Below are positions 35,430 through 46,498 of a DNA stretch of 64,000 bases, piece by piece (the stretch's first letter is position 1; each line of letters opens with the position of its first letter). Under the pieces are notes generated by a model, which saw only the letters and a program-made list of their open reading frames with translations, was not told where the DNA came from and searched no databases. The stretch spans positions 62,001 to 126,000 of the forward strand of contig BROI01000034.1 of NCBI GenBank assembly GCA_027923505.1, given 5' to 3'. Source of the DNA: Mayamaea pseudoterrestris. Its lineage: Eukaryota. The translations under genes were made by a program, and so were the position numbers.

Positions 35430-35711
35430 TTAGCTTTAAAATTAATAGAAATACATTTACAAAACATGTACTGGAAAGTTGTACAATTGAATCGTCAAAA
35501 GCTAAGCGACTTTGACCGGTGGTCGCCGCCCATCGATCAGCCCGGCATCGTTATATTCATCCATCTTAGCTTTAAAATTAATAGAAACACATTTACAAAA
35601 CATGTACTGGAAAGCTGTACCTTTTATCGTCAAAAGCAAAGCGACTTTGGCTCAGCAGACCGGTGGTCACCGCCCATCGATCAGCCCGGCATCGTTATAT
35701 TCATCCATCTT
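35430..35711. repeat. Tandem duplication of a ~136-145 bp unit covering the shared 3' region of two convergent genes
   Basis: TTAGCTTTAAAATTAATAGAAA...CATCGTTATATTCATCCATCTT starts at 35430 and again at 35566, with a few substitutions and a small indel. Confidence 0.92.
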
Positions 35712-36939
35712 CAATAAAGCTTAATAACTCCTCTCGACGAAGCGCCTTCAACTCGGGGAGGAAGGTGCTTACCAATCCATCGTCTCCGGCTCCATTCAAC
35801 AGCGCTTCAATTCCAAACCGCGTCGCTTTGCTACGATGGTCCGAGACTCTGTCCTGTGGATAGTTGTACGTCCGAATGCGCTCACTCCGATCGCCACCGC
35901 CCATTAAACTACTCTTGAGGTTGCCTCGCTCTCGTTCTCGCTCCATCCGCTGCAGGTCACGCACCCTTGCCGTAATAAGCTTTAACGCCTTTTCCTTGTT
36001 CTTGTGCTGTGAGCGCTCGTCCTGGATGGACGCTTGGATTCCAGTTGGAATATGTGTGATGCGGACCGCACTGTCCGTGGTATTAATATGCTGTCCACCC
36101 GCTCCCGATGCCCGCATAGTTTCAAACTTGAGTTCCGACGGCGGAATGGCATTCTTGTCGTCAATGAGTTTCAAGGCAGGCAACACGCCGACGCTACAGG
36201 CTGAGGTATGAATTCGACTATCGTTGACCGGGACTCGTTGAACTCGGTGTACGCCACTTTCAAACTTGAAGGCTCCGAATGGACCAGTGACATGGTCGTC
36301 TAATATCGGCTTTGGCGTGCCCATGATGGACAGTGCAGCCTCCCGAATGCCTCCAATGTCCGTCTTGCTCTCACTCAGCATTTCCGTATTCCATCTCAAT
36401 GCCTTGGCAGTCTTGATGTAGCATTCGAGTATTTGAGCGGCAAAAAGCGAAGCTTCGTCTCCCCCTGTCCCGGCTCGAATTTCAATAATGGCGTCACTCT
36501 GAGTATCATCGTCATCGGATGGCAATATTGCATCAATCAATTTCTTGTCCAAGTCGTCTATTCGGCAAATAATTTCGTCTATTTCGCGCTTGCATTCTGC
36601 GAGCAGGTCGTTATCGTTTGCTTCAATGGCTTCCTTGGACAAATCCTGCATGGACGTTTCTTCCTCCACCAGCGCTTGTTTCTCTTGAACAAGTGACGCG
36701 ACTTGGGACAAGGAAGACAGTTCCTTGCCCAAAGCTTGTGACGATTTGTTGGAACTCTTTAGTTCTGCCATGACTACTGTGTGCCGTTCCATGATTTCAT
36801 TGACGCGTTGTTGGACAGCCTTTGACAAGAATGTCCGCCGACGAGACGACCACGCAATATCGTGCTGGATTGACACACATGTTGGCGTCAAAAATCGAGG
36901 TCTAGCCCTCAGAGCAACACGTTGACATTGGCCAAGCAT
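35701..36939 (-). CDS. Bacterial-type peptide chain release factor 1, organellar (probably mitochondrial)
   Basis: EIRAGTGGDEASLFA, KFESGVHRVQRVP, RASGAGGQHINTTDSAVR (GGQ), DRSERIRTYNYPQDRVSDHR; Arg-rich presequence from ATG 36939. Confidence 0.92.
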   Translation of the reverse strand: MLGQCQRVALRARPRFLTPTCVSIQHDIAWSSRRRTFLSKAVQQRVNEIMERHTVVMAELKSSNKSSQALGKELSSLSQVASLVQEKQALVEEETSMQDLSKEAIEANDNDLLAECKREIDEIICRIDDLDKKLIDAILPSDDDDTQSDAIIEIRAGTGGDEASLFAAQILECYIKTAKALRWNTEMLSESKTDIGGIREAALSIMGTPKPILDDHVTGPFGAFKFESGVHRVQRVPVNDSRIHTSACSVGVLPALKLIDDKNAIPPSELKFETMRASGAGGQHINTTDSAVRITHIPTGIQASIQDERSQHKNKEKALKLITARVRDLQRMERERERGNLKSSLMGGGDRSERIRTYNYPQDRVSDHRSKATRFGIEALLNGAGDDGLVSTFLPELKALRREELLSFIEDG

Positions 36940-37180
36940 GCTTAAACTATTTAAGCTGTATACAAGCTTGACTTTAAGCAATGGTTTGTTTAGAAGCAAT
37001 GATCAAGGACGCAATTGTTGGCCTTGCGCGAAGAAAAGATGAGGCACAAGTCGCATCGTTAATAGAACCCGTCGCATCGTTAATGACATGACCAAAACAC
37101 ACACGTCCGCATCATCCGCATCATTTTCTTTGTCCAAGAGACTCGACCGCAGCTTTACGACCGTGAAAATCATTCCAGCC

Positions 37181-37930
37181 ATGCAGCTGTTGTCACTCTT
37201 TATGTCTCTGCTAATAGTTTTGCCGACCATCAGCTTCACTTGGCAATGTTTTTCACAGCCGGCGCGGCCTCGGCCACTGTTGCTCCGACGAGATGTTTCG
37301 AATGACGACAATGCTGAAATGATGAAACAACAAGCTGAACAACTTTGAAAGGAAATATCTGACTTTGAACTAAACAAGTCTGTAGCTGAGCAAGAAAAGC
37401 AGCGAAATCATGATGAAGCGATGCAAGAACAACAAGCGATGCGAGAACTTCACTCGGCGACGCTTCCCATTTTGAAACCCGACGGAAGGACGGTGGACGA
37501 ACAAATACAATTTCCACCCTACTTCACAGACGAATCATCCTTTATTATAACCCGCCAAGCCTCATTGCCTTTAGGTCTCGTCCTTGGCGAAAGCGAACGG
37601 TTTGCCGGCGCAGTTGTCGTCGATCAAGTCGACCCTGAAAGTCACGGGGCCAACGCTGACATTCAAGCTGGTGACATTGTCAGAGCGTTCACAGCTTGCA
37701 GAATGCAAATGGACCAACCCATGTGGCAACTAATGGCGGGAGGTATCGGCCGTCCGAAAATGTATCGATATATACATGCAGTGGGCGTGGACAGGCGTGT
37801 TTCCTTTGACAATCATTTGGAAGCACTACTTTCTAACCGGCTGGACTCTGAGCAACGACCGGTATTGTTAGTGTTGGAACGACGGAACTATATAGCTCCG
37901 TCAATACTACAAGAAACAATGCCTTCATAG
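37181..37930 (+). pseudogene. Putative plastid-targeted PDZ-like protein interrupted by an in-frame TGA at 37346-37348
   Basis: Signal peptide followed by F (TIS-FTW). The frame continues across the stop (AEQL*KEISDFE) into LPLGLVLGE..VDQV..GA.A.IQAGDIVRA, which is PDZ-like. Confidence 0.6.
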
Positions 37931-38408
37931 GCAAGCTTGATGCAAGGTAATAGAAACTGTCACCACAATGGTGCCTTTCCTTCCTTCGAACATTGATTCC
38001 ATCAAATTTTAGCCAAATTCGACTTACAAGGTTGCGCACATTCATGTAGCGATTAGTGTTTACCTCTAATGTGCGCTGGTATTTTGTAGACTAAACGATG
38101 TGGAATAACACCAATTTGACTTATTTGTCGATGTCCAATCAGCGTCGCCATGGTGCCATGCAGGAGAGTGGGTGTAAACCATATGTACGCAAAGCAAGCT
38201 GACCATAGCACAATGGCACTAGCAGCCGGCTGCACACCCAGACAACTGGATTGGCCGGCAAGTTGAGGAACATCAACATTTCGACAACATCTTCTCACTA
38301 ATGTCTACCGGTGCAGCATCAACAATTTACTGCAAACACAATTATGCGCTGTGCAATGATATGAAGTGACATGATATACAACGATTATATATGGATTAAT
38401 AATTTGTC

Positions 38409-40532
38409 TTACACAGCATTAGTTGAAAAGCCACGTTTGAAATCATTCCTGCTGGGTGTTGGCGGCATTGTCCGATAGTACGACGCAGATAATATTTGCT
38501 CCTGCCACAGACGCAAGCCTCCAAACATATTTTGGGCGCTATGAATATCTTCCTTGATCTCGCCATGACCCAGCCTTCCAGATTTCTTTCCGTAGGAGAG
38601 AACGTGACCGGATTGGGTTACCAAGACAGATGAATCAAAGCCAGCGCACGCTTGCACTATGAAAGCACCCACTTGCTCGTCTTTCTTTTCTTCGTCGGCG
38701 TCGAAGTCACTGACGTAAAGCCGCTGCGGAGTCCAGTCAACGTCCATGGCTGCTAGCGAATCCTCACTGCTGACATGGTCGACAAGATCACTGCCATGGG
38801 ATGGAATTCGTCGTCCAAACATGTAGACATTGCCGCTGTTGGTCAACGCCAAGACGTGAGTTGCTCCGGCGCTTACTGATTCAATGCGAACACCTAGAGG
38901 AAACTTCACTTCCTTTGGAGAATCTGCTTCCAGCGTAGAGTGTCCATGTCCCAGCATGCCGTCGAGACTCGTCCCAAATGAAAAGCAGCGTCCATGGGAC
39001 GTTACCACCAGAGAACAAGTCTTCCCGAGCGATAGGTCGACAGGATACTCTCCCGCCTCCAAAAGTGATGCGCAAGCATCTTGTTTGGCTATTTTCGATA
39101 GACATTCAACAACTGTAGGAACTGGCACCACTCGTGGAACAAGACGCTCGTCGCCAGGTCCAATATTGTTTGTAGTATCAATTCCAAGAGCTCCCTGCAA
39201 AGCTCTTCCCCACATGAAAAGCTCCACGTCACCAGAAGCTCTCCGAACTAGCGCAGCCGAATGCGTTTGAGATGCCTCAAGTGCAAATACGCCCTTGCTG
39301 GATTCGTTAGTGTCGGTGGGAGGTCGAACTTTGCACCGCAACGCCACCCTCTTTGGTAGACAGACGCAGTTGTCATCGTCAACAGGAGGCTTTTTGGGGC
39401 TGACTAACCCAATCTTCATAAAGTTGTTACGACCAAATCCATAAACTTGGTGATACATGACCGTTTCCGTGTGCGAATTGCCGTTTTGTAGAACCTTGTC
39501 CAGATGATCATGGCTCGACGACGAGTTCGTCTTGACCAGTCTTCGCTCCTCCGTCATGACAAGCACAAGCGAATGATCCACTCCAGCGGCAGCTCGTATT
39601 GCCTTTCCACCGTTCTCTAATAGTGGTGTCACAATGGTGGGCGTCATCATGTATCCTTTCCTAACATCCTTGACTTGCGTCTTGACTCCAATTCCTAACT
39701 GGCCATGATCATTTAAGCCGTACGAAAAGAGTATTCCAGCCGCCGATATAAGCAAGACATGCGATCCGAGTGGATGGGCTGATACTTGAGTAATTTTAAC
39801 ATTGACAAACGAAGACAAAAACGTGGGAACGCCGTGAATGAGCGAGTTTGCTTGCATCGCTAGCTGAACCTTGTCTGGTTCACGGTTGCTAGAATTAACA
39901 GCCTGTCGTGCTTGCTCTGACTGCTTCCTGCGCTCTATTGACTCTGGAAGCATGTCATTTCCACCTTCGGCAAAATGCGAGTAGTCGAAGGATTTTATTG
40001 GTACAATGCTTGCATCGTCAGATTCAACGGCTTCTCGCGAAGTCGTCACTCGAAACGCCCGGTCCTTGTTTCTCGCAAAAGCTTCCGCTGACGCCTTGGA
40101 CCTCGGAGGAGTTTCCATCATTTGAATTGGCGTCAGTGGAGCAACTTCTGCAGGCGAGCCGCCTAGTAGACCCGTCGGAACACTCAGAATGCTTCGCCGT
40201 GACGACGCCTTGGGTTGGCCATTGATTGTTTTTGACGGTCCAAAATGTCCACAAAATGCAGATTCTTGCAAATGCGTGGACAAATCGTCATATTCGCCCT
40301 TGCAGCAAAGTGCAGCAAGTTCAGAACCCCAGTCGTAGCCGCTCCAGCGATCCTGCGATAGTGCACTGCGCAGCGCCGAGTCTCGACATCGGCAAGTAAG
40401 AACGTCGCCAGCTGACGAAAGTAGAATCGTTTCATCCTTGGAAATGGCTATAAATGACGATACACTGGGATCTGCGCGAGGCGGCGAGGAGTCCCAAAGT
40501 CTCCGTCGAGTAGGAGATGCATTGCTATCCAT
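38409..40532 (-). CDS. RCC1/BLIP-II repeat protein
   Basis: FSYGLNDHGQLG, AAAGVDHSL, VYGFGRN, MWGR..GALG, VSAGATHVLAL and CAGFDSS..G..GRLGHG repeats; first ATG at 40532. Confidence 0.85.
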   Translation of the reverse strand: MDSNASPTRRRLWDSSPPRADPSVSSFIAISKDETILLSSAGDVLTCRCRDSALRSALSQDRWSGYDWGSELAALCCKGEYDDLSTHLQESAFCGHFGPSKTINGQPKASSRRSILSVPTGLLGGSPAEVAPLTPIQMMETPPRSKASAEAFARNKDRAFRVTTSREAVESDDASIVPIKSFDYSHFAEGGNDMLPESIERRKQSEQARQAVNSSNREPDKVQLAMQANSLIHGVPTFLSSFVNVKITQVSAHPLGSHVLLISAAGILFSYGLNDHGQLGIGVKTQVKDVRKGYMMTPTIVTPLLENGGKAIRAAAGVDHSLVLVMTEERRLVKTNSSSSHDHLDKVLQNGNSHTETVMYHQVYGFGRNNFMKIGLVSPKKPPVDDDNCVCLPKRVALRCKVRPPTDTNESSKGVFALEASQTHSAALVRRASGDVELFMWGRALQGALGIDTTNNIGPGDERLVPRVVPVPTVVECLSKIAKQDACASLLEAGEYPVDLSLGKTCSLVVTSHGRCFSFGTSLDGMLGHGHSTLEADSPKEVKFPLGVRIESVSAGATHVLALTNSGNVYMFGRRIPSHGSDLVDHVSSEDSLAAMDVDWTPQRLYVSDFDADEEKKDEQVGAFIVQACAGFDSSVLVTQSGHVLSYGKKSGRLGHGEIKEDIHSAQNMFGGLRLWQEQILSASYYRTMPPTPSRNDFKRGFSTNAV

Positions 40533-40908
40533 GGCTACTTGTCGAATGGGTATGCGCAATGAACCAGTGGCTGCTAAAAGCGCGGCGTAGCTGTGCAATC
40601 TATTCCGAAGCAAAGCTCGCCTATGCTCTTGCGCAAAGTGAAACGGTGACGATTGCACAATCTATTCAGTGAGCTACAATTGGCCGAAGGTGGTGAACAC
40701 AGCCCGTGGTAAGGGACAGCTGCGTATCAGCGGTCGATAACTGCTCGTCGACGCCATGGCAAAACGTTCCAGTAACGACAGGCGAGCCGGCAGGTGTCAG
40801 GGCATAGCTAAACGAGTACCAGTACGATTTTTCCTTGGCAACCACGAACGCGTGCAAGATTCGACTCGCATTGATCTCACAAAGCGACAATCATTATTTC
40901 GATCCGAC

Positions 40909-43900
40909 ATGACCAAGCGCCGACGAAGCAGCTCTGCTGATAGCAAGAAGAATGATGAGAAGAAACATTTTATCGAGGTGAATCCATTTTTGCCTGACGA
41001 AAATGAAGGAGACGCGAGCAGCGAGTCGTGGACGAAGCGGTCGGCCATTTTGGATCATGCGATTGCCTTTGACGAGCAATCCAAATCCAAGAAATTATCA
41101 GTAGAATGTCTTCACCATGCAAAGACGTTGATTGAATTCTTGAAACATCCGTCTAATGAGTTAGCGTTAGCTTCCTTGGTCGCTGACGTTGCCCTGTTGC
41201 TTTTGCAGTGGTCCATTCACTGCCTCTTGTCAAGCTCTGTAATTGACGACGGTACGAAGCTACTCTGCTGGAAAGCTTTATCTGTCTCTTTAGAATGCTT
41301 TTCTGAGTTGACAGACTCTTCTGTTGAGCAGAAATTGTCCCATTCCTCATTTTCGCAGAGTAATCTTCACAAACTGGTCCCTCGCGCTACCGAAATGGCC
41401 ATCAGTAGAGGTCGACGTACAACCTCAGATGATGATGGTGATGCGGTCGCGTTACTAGCTGCAAAGTCTTTGCAACTGCTACTGCCAAGATACCGGCCAT
41501 CAATTGAAAATGCGTGTCAAACTGTCTTGTCGTTGGTTGTCGAAAGCGGAGCAAACGGCGACGCAATTGCATTAATGATTATTGAATGGATCGCATCAAT
41601 GATGCCAGCAGCGAATCCCAAGACAGTGTTCCAGATATTCTCGAGCCAATCAATATTACTGATTCTTTCCAAGGTTTATTTTGGGAAGAAACAGCAATCG
41701 AAAGCACTCCAAACTCGGACAGTCAATTCCAACTCTGCAACTGAAACGCCGGTGCAACTCGCAATGCATCAACTCTTCGCGGTGGGCCTGTTCGATCTAA
41801 AACATCACATGGAAGGCTTGTGCTCGTTAATGTCAACAGTCAACATCGATGCAAAGAAAATAGACAAGGCGGATAATTCTTTTCATTGCTATCAGCAAAA
41901 TCTGCTGACGACCATTGAATGCATTTCGCATGTCGACCCAGCTGACATTCCATATCTTGCCATGATTTGTCCTGTGTTGCTTGGAGCATTTTTTCGCGCA
42001 TCGAAGGCCTGGGCTGACGTCAAGGCGATCAAAAGTACGAAAAAAATATCCTCTACCGAGAGATTGGCTCGCGTGCAATATAAACTGTTTCGTCACACGG
42101 TCACTACCCTTGAGCAGCTCATTGTCTCGCCTGAAACCCTTGCAATGGGGGCCGGCGTCAATGCCATTCGCAAGTGTCTTGCAGTTTTGCTTGAATACGA
42201 AGTATACTTGCCCTCGCAGGATGATAAAGATGCCTCACAATTTCGGTTTCTAGAAGAAATCCTGCGACAGTTCCTTCGGCTTGGTCCGACCACAGTGAAA
42301 ATTTTGGTAGATGCTCTTGCCGGGCTTCGTACGCTCGTTTTACTTGACCATCGACTTGTCAGTGACCGTCTTTCAGAGCTATTTGTGTTTTGTCTCCAAA
42401 GTAGCGACGGCAAGCTTTCAGAACAAGCTTTAAACGTGTTAGCTGCGACTGTCGATATCTACCGGCAACTGAGGCAGCAAGGGTCCTTTTTTGAGTCGTT
42501 GACAGAATTTATTGGCAACAGTCAGGAATGTCTATCGGAAAGTAACATACTTTTGAATCATATGCTCAATCAGAACTTGCTCGTGGAAGCGATTGCTGCT
42601 GCAGTGGAGACTTGCCCATTTATCCAGATTGAGCAATTACTTGCTAACATGAGCAAACAATTTCAGCGCTTACTGCAACAAACAATAAAAGATGATAGCG
42701 GACTAGAGGTTTTGGTGACTTTCGCGGTCCTCGTCATGAGAAACATTGGCGTGGAACGTGAATATGCTTCGACTATTAGCGTCTTCTGTCATGGGTTCGT
42801 CCAGTCACTTACATCCGAATCACCGGACATGAGTGATGTTGGGATTAAACAAAAGGCAATGTTTTCGCTTTGTGCTTGGTCAATAGCGTTGAACACGCGC
42901 GCTGCATTTTGGATGGGGCGTGCATCTGAGGTTCGGGTACCCAAATCTCTTTTAATGAAGGGTCAAGACGACAATGTCAGTGGGGAGCTCTTGTTGTTAC
43001 TGGGACACCGTCTGCGGGAGCTTCATGGTTTAGTTTACGAGAGCGAGCGCATAGAAACTTACGAAAATGGTTCGCAGGAAGATGTGAACGCTTCGCTGGT
43101 CCGTGAAGCAAGGCAAACAGCGGAAAGAATTGCTGAGCTATCAGAGCAATGCTGCGATGAAGAACATCGCAACGCACGGTGGAGTATTGTCGCTAGTCAC
43201 TGCCTGTCGTCGTGGATATGTTATGCGTCGAACGATTCTATTGATAGCATGTTGCGTTGGTTATTTGTCCATGCTTTGTCTACTGGGAAAGATGAAGTCG
43301 GCGTTACCAACATTCTTTTGGATGCGACCTTTTATGAGCATCCGAACATAATGTCTCGATTTGCAAGTACTGCTCTACTCGTCGCTGACCAGTGGGTTGC
43401 ACATGCCCGCTCTGTCAGCAGCGAGGTGAATACAGTCGTTCAGAACCTAAGAAAAGCTGCCTCGCTTGTCAACGTGCTTAATGGAATCTTATGCAAAAAC
43501 AGCGGGTATGTCACTTCTATGTATTGTCCGAAAACTGTAATTCAAGCTATGAAACTGGACAAGCAGGTCCTGCTCATCGCTGGTGCACACCAGAGTGCAA
43601 GTCGAGACATCGCCCTATTATGCAATTCACTCAGACATCTTGTTGCAAATATGGCAGAGCCACTAACTGCACTCGATGCCCGACTTCTTCTTCAGAATGT
43701 CATCCTTGACCAAGAAATTCCTCGGTTAGTAAAATCCGTGCTCTCCCTCCCCGATTCTCAACCTTCTCTTGTTGGTGGCTCAGGAAGACTCGTTGGTCAG
43801 TTGATACATATAATCGCGAAGGCGGGCAACAACGGATCATCGCTACGAACAACAATTTACAGCACCTTTCACCAGTCCAAAAGTTGTGTTGCTTTGGCTG

Positions 43901-45123
43901 CCATAAGCAGGTATATCATCTCTGAATTTTCCAGTCAACGTCTACATGATCATACTTTCGCAGGGTTTGCCTTTGAAACTACATGGCGCGTCATTATCGA
44001 ACAAAGCGTCGTGAATAAGGAAATTTCCGCTAAGTTCGACGATGCTTCGGAACTATACTTCTTGTTTGGTGATCTCCTTTGTTTTTCAAAGTCGCAAGGG
44101 CTTGATGACTGTTGGCCGCGACCTGACGTGAAAGAATATTTCGAAGAGAAGTGCATAGCTAGCTTCTCATCAACTCCTGCTGCTTGTGCACAGTACGTCG
44201 TTGCTTGCCTTGCTATGACGGAGCCGCTTCCTGTTTTGGCTCGCCGCATAGCCAAAGAGATCACCATATCAAGGCATTCCGTCGCTTTGCTTGACGCCGC
44301 ATTCACTCAGATCGTGCGACAAATGGAGGCCGATGACGTGCGGTCAACTCTTGAGAGGCTTCTTAAACTCGCGAATAATTCTTCGGAGCGTACAACAAAT
44401 CAAATTCAATTGATCGGAATATGTTTACGAAGCGCAGATGAAACAGTGGGTAGTTCGGTTTTGTCCCAGAAAGCGAACGCGATATTTTCGATGTCATTGT
44501 CGTATCTTGCACAGCGGCCAGTCCCCGTTGACACGGCGCTTGTTTCATGCACCGTGCTCGAAGAGCTTTTGTGCAGCAGGCGCATAGTGACATTTCGCGA
44601 CGTCGACCTCACTCGTTTGTTATTCCATATCAGTGCGGCCGTTGGTTACAGTGAACCTGGCAACGAAATGACTGTATTGCCGACGCAACTTTACATTGCT
44701 TGCGTAAAGTTGTATGTGACAGTGTTTAAAAGGTACTTTAAGTATCTCTACGCTTGTGCTCCACTGGTTGTACTGGTTGTCCAAGCCTTCCTCGCTCGCG
44801 TGCTATACGAGCAAGATCTGACGGATGATGTCATTGTTGACAGAGCTCAGCGATACTCTCGAGTGTGCGAGCTGTTTGTCGACCATAAGGAAATCTACAA
44901 AAAGCATGTCATTGGTCTGATACTCGAGTATGTCCAAGCTATAAAAGAGGGACTGAGTTTAGTGCGCAAGGCGAGCCTTCTTCCGGCTATCCACCTTTTG
45001 CTCGACACGCTATCAACGCACGAACTGAAGCAGCTTAACGTGTTGATGGACCCCAGCGCAACGATAATATTCAAAGGCATCTATCAGAAGTACCAGAAGT
45101 TTCACACGTACAAGGGGAAGTGA
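40909..45123 (+). CDS. URB2: URB2/Npa2-like nucleolar pre-ribosomal protein
   Basis: Large helical protein whose C-terminus KKHVIGLILEYV..LLPAIHLLLD..FKGIYQKYQKFHTYKGK fits the Urb2 domain. Likely ATG 40909. Confidence 0.7.
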   Translation: MTKRRRSSSADSKKNDEKKHFIEVNPFLPDENEGDASSESWTKRSAILDHAIAFDEQSKSKKLSVECLHHAKTLIEFLKHPSNELALASLVADVALLLLQWSIHCLLSSSVIDDGTKLLCWKALSVSLECFSELTDSSVEQKLSHSSFSQSNLHKLVPRATEMAISRGRRTTSDDDGDAVALLAAKSLQLLLPRYRPSIENACQTVLSLVVESGANGDAIALMIIEWIASMMPAANPKTVFQIFSSQSILLILSKVYFGKKQQSKALQTRTVNSNSATETPVQLAMHQLFAVGLFDLKHHMEGLCSLMSTVNIDAKKIDKADNSFHCYQQNLLTTIECISHVDPADIPYLAMICPVLLGAFFRASKAWADVKAIKSTKKISSTERLARVQYKLFRHTVTTLEQLIVSPETLAMGAGVNAIRKCLAVLLEYEVYLPSQDDKDASQFRFLEEILRQFLRLGPTTVKILVDALAGLRTLVLLDHRLVSDRLSELFVFCLQSSDGKLSEQALNVLAATVDIYRQLRQQGSFFESLTEFIGNSQECLSESNILLNHMLNQNLLVEAIAAAVETCPFIQIEQLLANMSKQFQRLLQQTIKDDSGLEVLVTFAVLVMRNIGVEREYASTISVFCHGFVQSLTSESPDMSDVGIKQKAMFSLCAWSIALNTRAAFWMGRASEVRVPKSLLMKGQDDNVSGELLLLLGHRLRELHGLVYESERIETYENGSQEDVNASLVREARQTAERIAELSEQCCDEEHRNARWSIVASHCLSSWICYASNDSIDSMLRWLFVHALSTGKDEVGVTNILLDATFYEHPNIMSRFASTALLVADQWVAHARSVSSEVNTVVQNLRKAASLVNVLNGILCKNSGYVTSMYCPKTVIQAMKLDKQVLLIAGAHQSASRDIALLCNSLRHLVANMAEPLTALDARLLLQNVILDQEIPRLVKSVLSLPDSQPSLVGGSGRLVGQLIHIIAKAGNNGSSLRTTIYSTFHQSKSCVALAAISRYIISEFSSQRLHDHTFAGFAFETTWRVIIEQSVVNKEISAKFDDASELYFLFGDLLCFSKSQGLDDCWPRPDVKEYFEEKCIASFSSTPAACAQYVVACLAMTEPLPVLARRIAKEITISRHSVALLDAAFTQIVRQMEADDVRSTLERLLKLANNSSERTTNQIQLIGICLRSADETVGSSVLSQKANAIFSMSLSYLAQRPVPVDTALVSCTVLEELLCSRRIVTFRDVDLTRLLFHISAAVGYSEPGNEMTVLPTQLYIACVKLYVTVFKRYFKYLYACAPLVVLVVQAFLARVLYEQDLTDDVIVDRAQRYSRVCELFVDHKEIYKKHVIGLILEYVQAIKEGLSLVRKASLLPAIHLLLDTLSTHELKQLNVLMDPSATIIFKGIYQKYQKFHTYKGK

Positions 45124-45151
45124 TTAAATCTGTAAGGATGTTAACACAAAT

Positions 45152-46257
45152 TTAAATGGTAGAACTAAAGTTAATTTTGTTCAACTTGACTAGTTTAGCG
45201 AGGCAATCCTCCACGTCCAAGTCTTCGAGCGCATCGAAAACACTGCCCTGGGTGCCATCAAGCTGAATGATCCGTGGATCTACAGACCAATCCTTGATAG
45301 TCTTGACGGATAAGCCGCTATCCAAAAGAGCCTTGCCAAATGATAGCTCGTCAATCGACTTGCCCAGCCAGTTCATTTGTTCGGCACAGCCTTCGAACGG
45401 ACTCGCACTCGCATGGACGCCATTGTCTCCCTTGTTGGGAGGTGAAACTAGTCCCAAACTCTTGTACTGATCAAAAATTGTTCTTCTTAAAGACCCAACA
45501 GGCCCATCAGCTGGGTCTGTCGGTCCAAGGACAAGATTGCGAAAGTCGCTCCACGGGAGCTGCTTGGGGTCCCATTCAACGACAAAGTATCGGATTGTGC
45601 AGCCAGGCGCGACGAACTTAGATCGCATGGTCATGAAAAATGCATTGAAAACATACAGTTCCTTGTCGTTCATGGATACAAGGCCACAATAAAAGCCGCC
45701 GCCAAACTTGACCACCTTGGGCGCCTTCTGCCAGGCAGCATCGAGCTCTTTGCTGTCGCATCCAAAGGCTTTGCATGCTTCCATGGCGTTGCAAGCTCTT
45801 TGTTCCTCGAGCACAACGTCCCAAGACTCTCCAAATTCTTCCTGAAACTTGTCCTTGGGGACAGGAATGTCCTTGGCCGGCAGTATCGTCGCCTTGGATG
45901 CTGTTGACAAAATGTACAGCGAATGTTGGAACGAGCCGATGCGACGAATCGATGCAAACATTATCAAAACGACGCAATCACATTCCACGTACCAATCGCA
46001 TAGTAATGTTGATCAATAAGCTTCTTCTCGTCAATCGTTGCTCCGTCAATGTCTCCTTCAGCTGTCACCGATAGTCCCACCTCCAAGAGCCGATTCTTGA
46101 CGAGAGCCTGCGTGGCCGGTAGATTGGCGTGCGGTTTGATAAAGACAAAGGCGCTGTTCTTCAAAGTATTGCACGTATTCGTGTATGAAGGAGATGCATC
46201 AGTCTTTTTCTGCAGGGTCACCAGAGTCGCCGTAACGGCAAACAAGAGATAGTCCAT
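45152..46257 (-). CDS. Nucleoside diphosphate kinase-like protein; intron 45901-45992
   Basis: NSAFVFIKPHA, IDQHYYAI|ASKA, FRNLVLGPTDP..GSLR and DNGVHASAS (catalytic His). Confidence 0.82.
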
Positions 46258-46364
46258 GGTTGTAAATGAGATGAAAGAGAGACTGCGCTGCGATGATGGG
46301 TTCTGTCGGTGGACGGTGGGAAATGGCCTTGTCGGACCGAAACTCAGTGAGTACTCTTTGAACG

Positions 46365-46498
46365 ACAGTGCCAATAACTATGATTTATTTCACAGTTATT
46401 GGCACTACATTATGGACCACAGTGTCAAAAATTTTGATTTTCAAAGTTCTTGGCGCTACACTTTGGCTCACAGTGCCAAAAACTTTGATTTTCAAAGT
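46365..46498. repeat. About 2.5 copies of a 51-54 bp palindromic unit upstream of the NDK-like gene
   Basis: Units begin AGTGCCAA/AGTGTCAA at 46367, 46421 and 46472. Unit 1 has a perfect 13-bp stem AGTGCCAATAACT/AGTTATTGGCACT. Confidence 0.85.

Noticed and set aside
37346..37348. Selenocysteine codon
   Set aside because: It lies in a coiled-coil context where Arg fits, with no redox motif and no recognisable SECIS.
46365..46498. Mini-CRISPR interpretation of the palindromic units
   Set aside because: Inter-repeat segments are only ~14 bp and homologous to each other.
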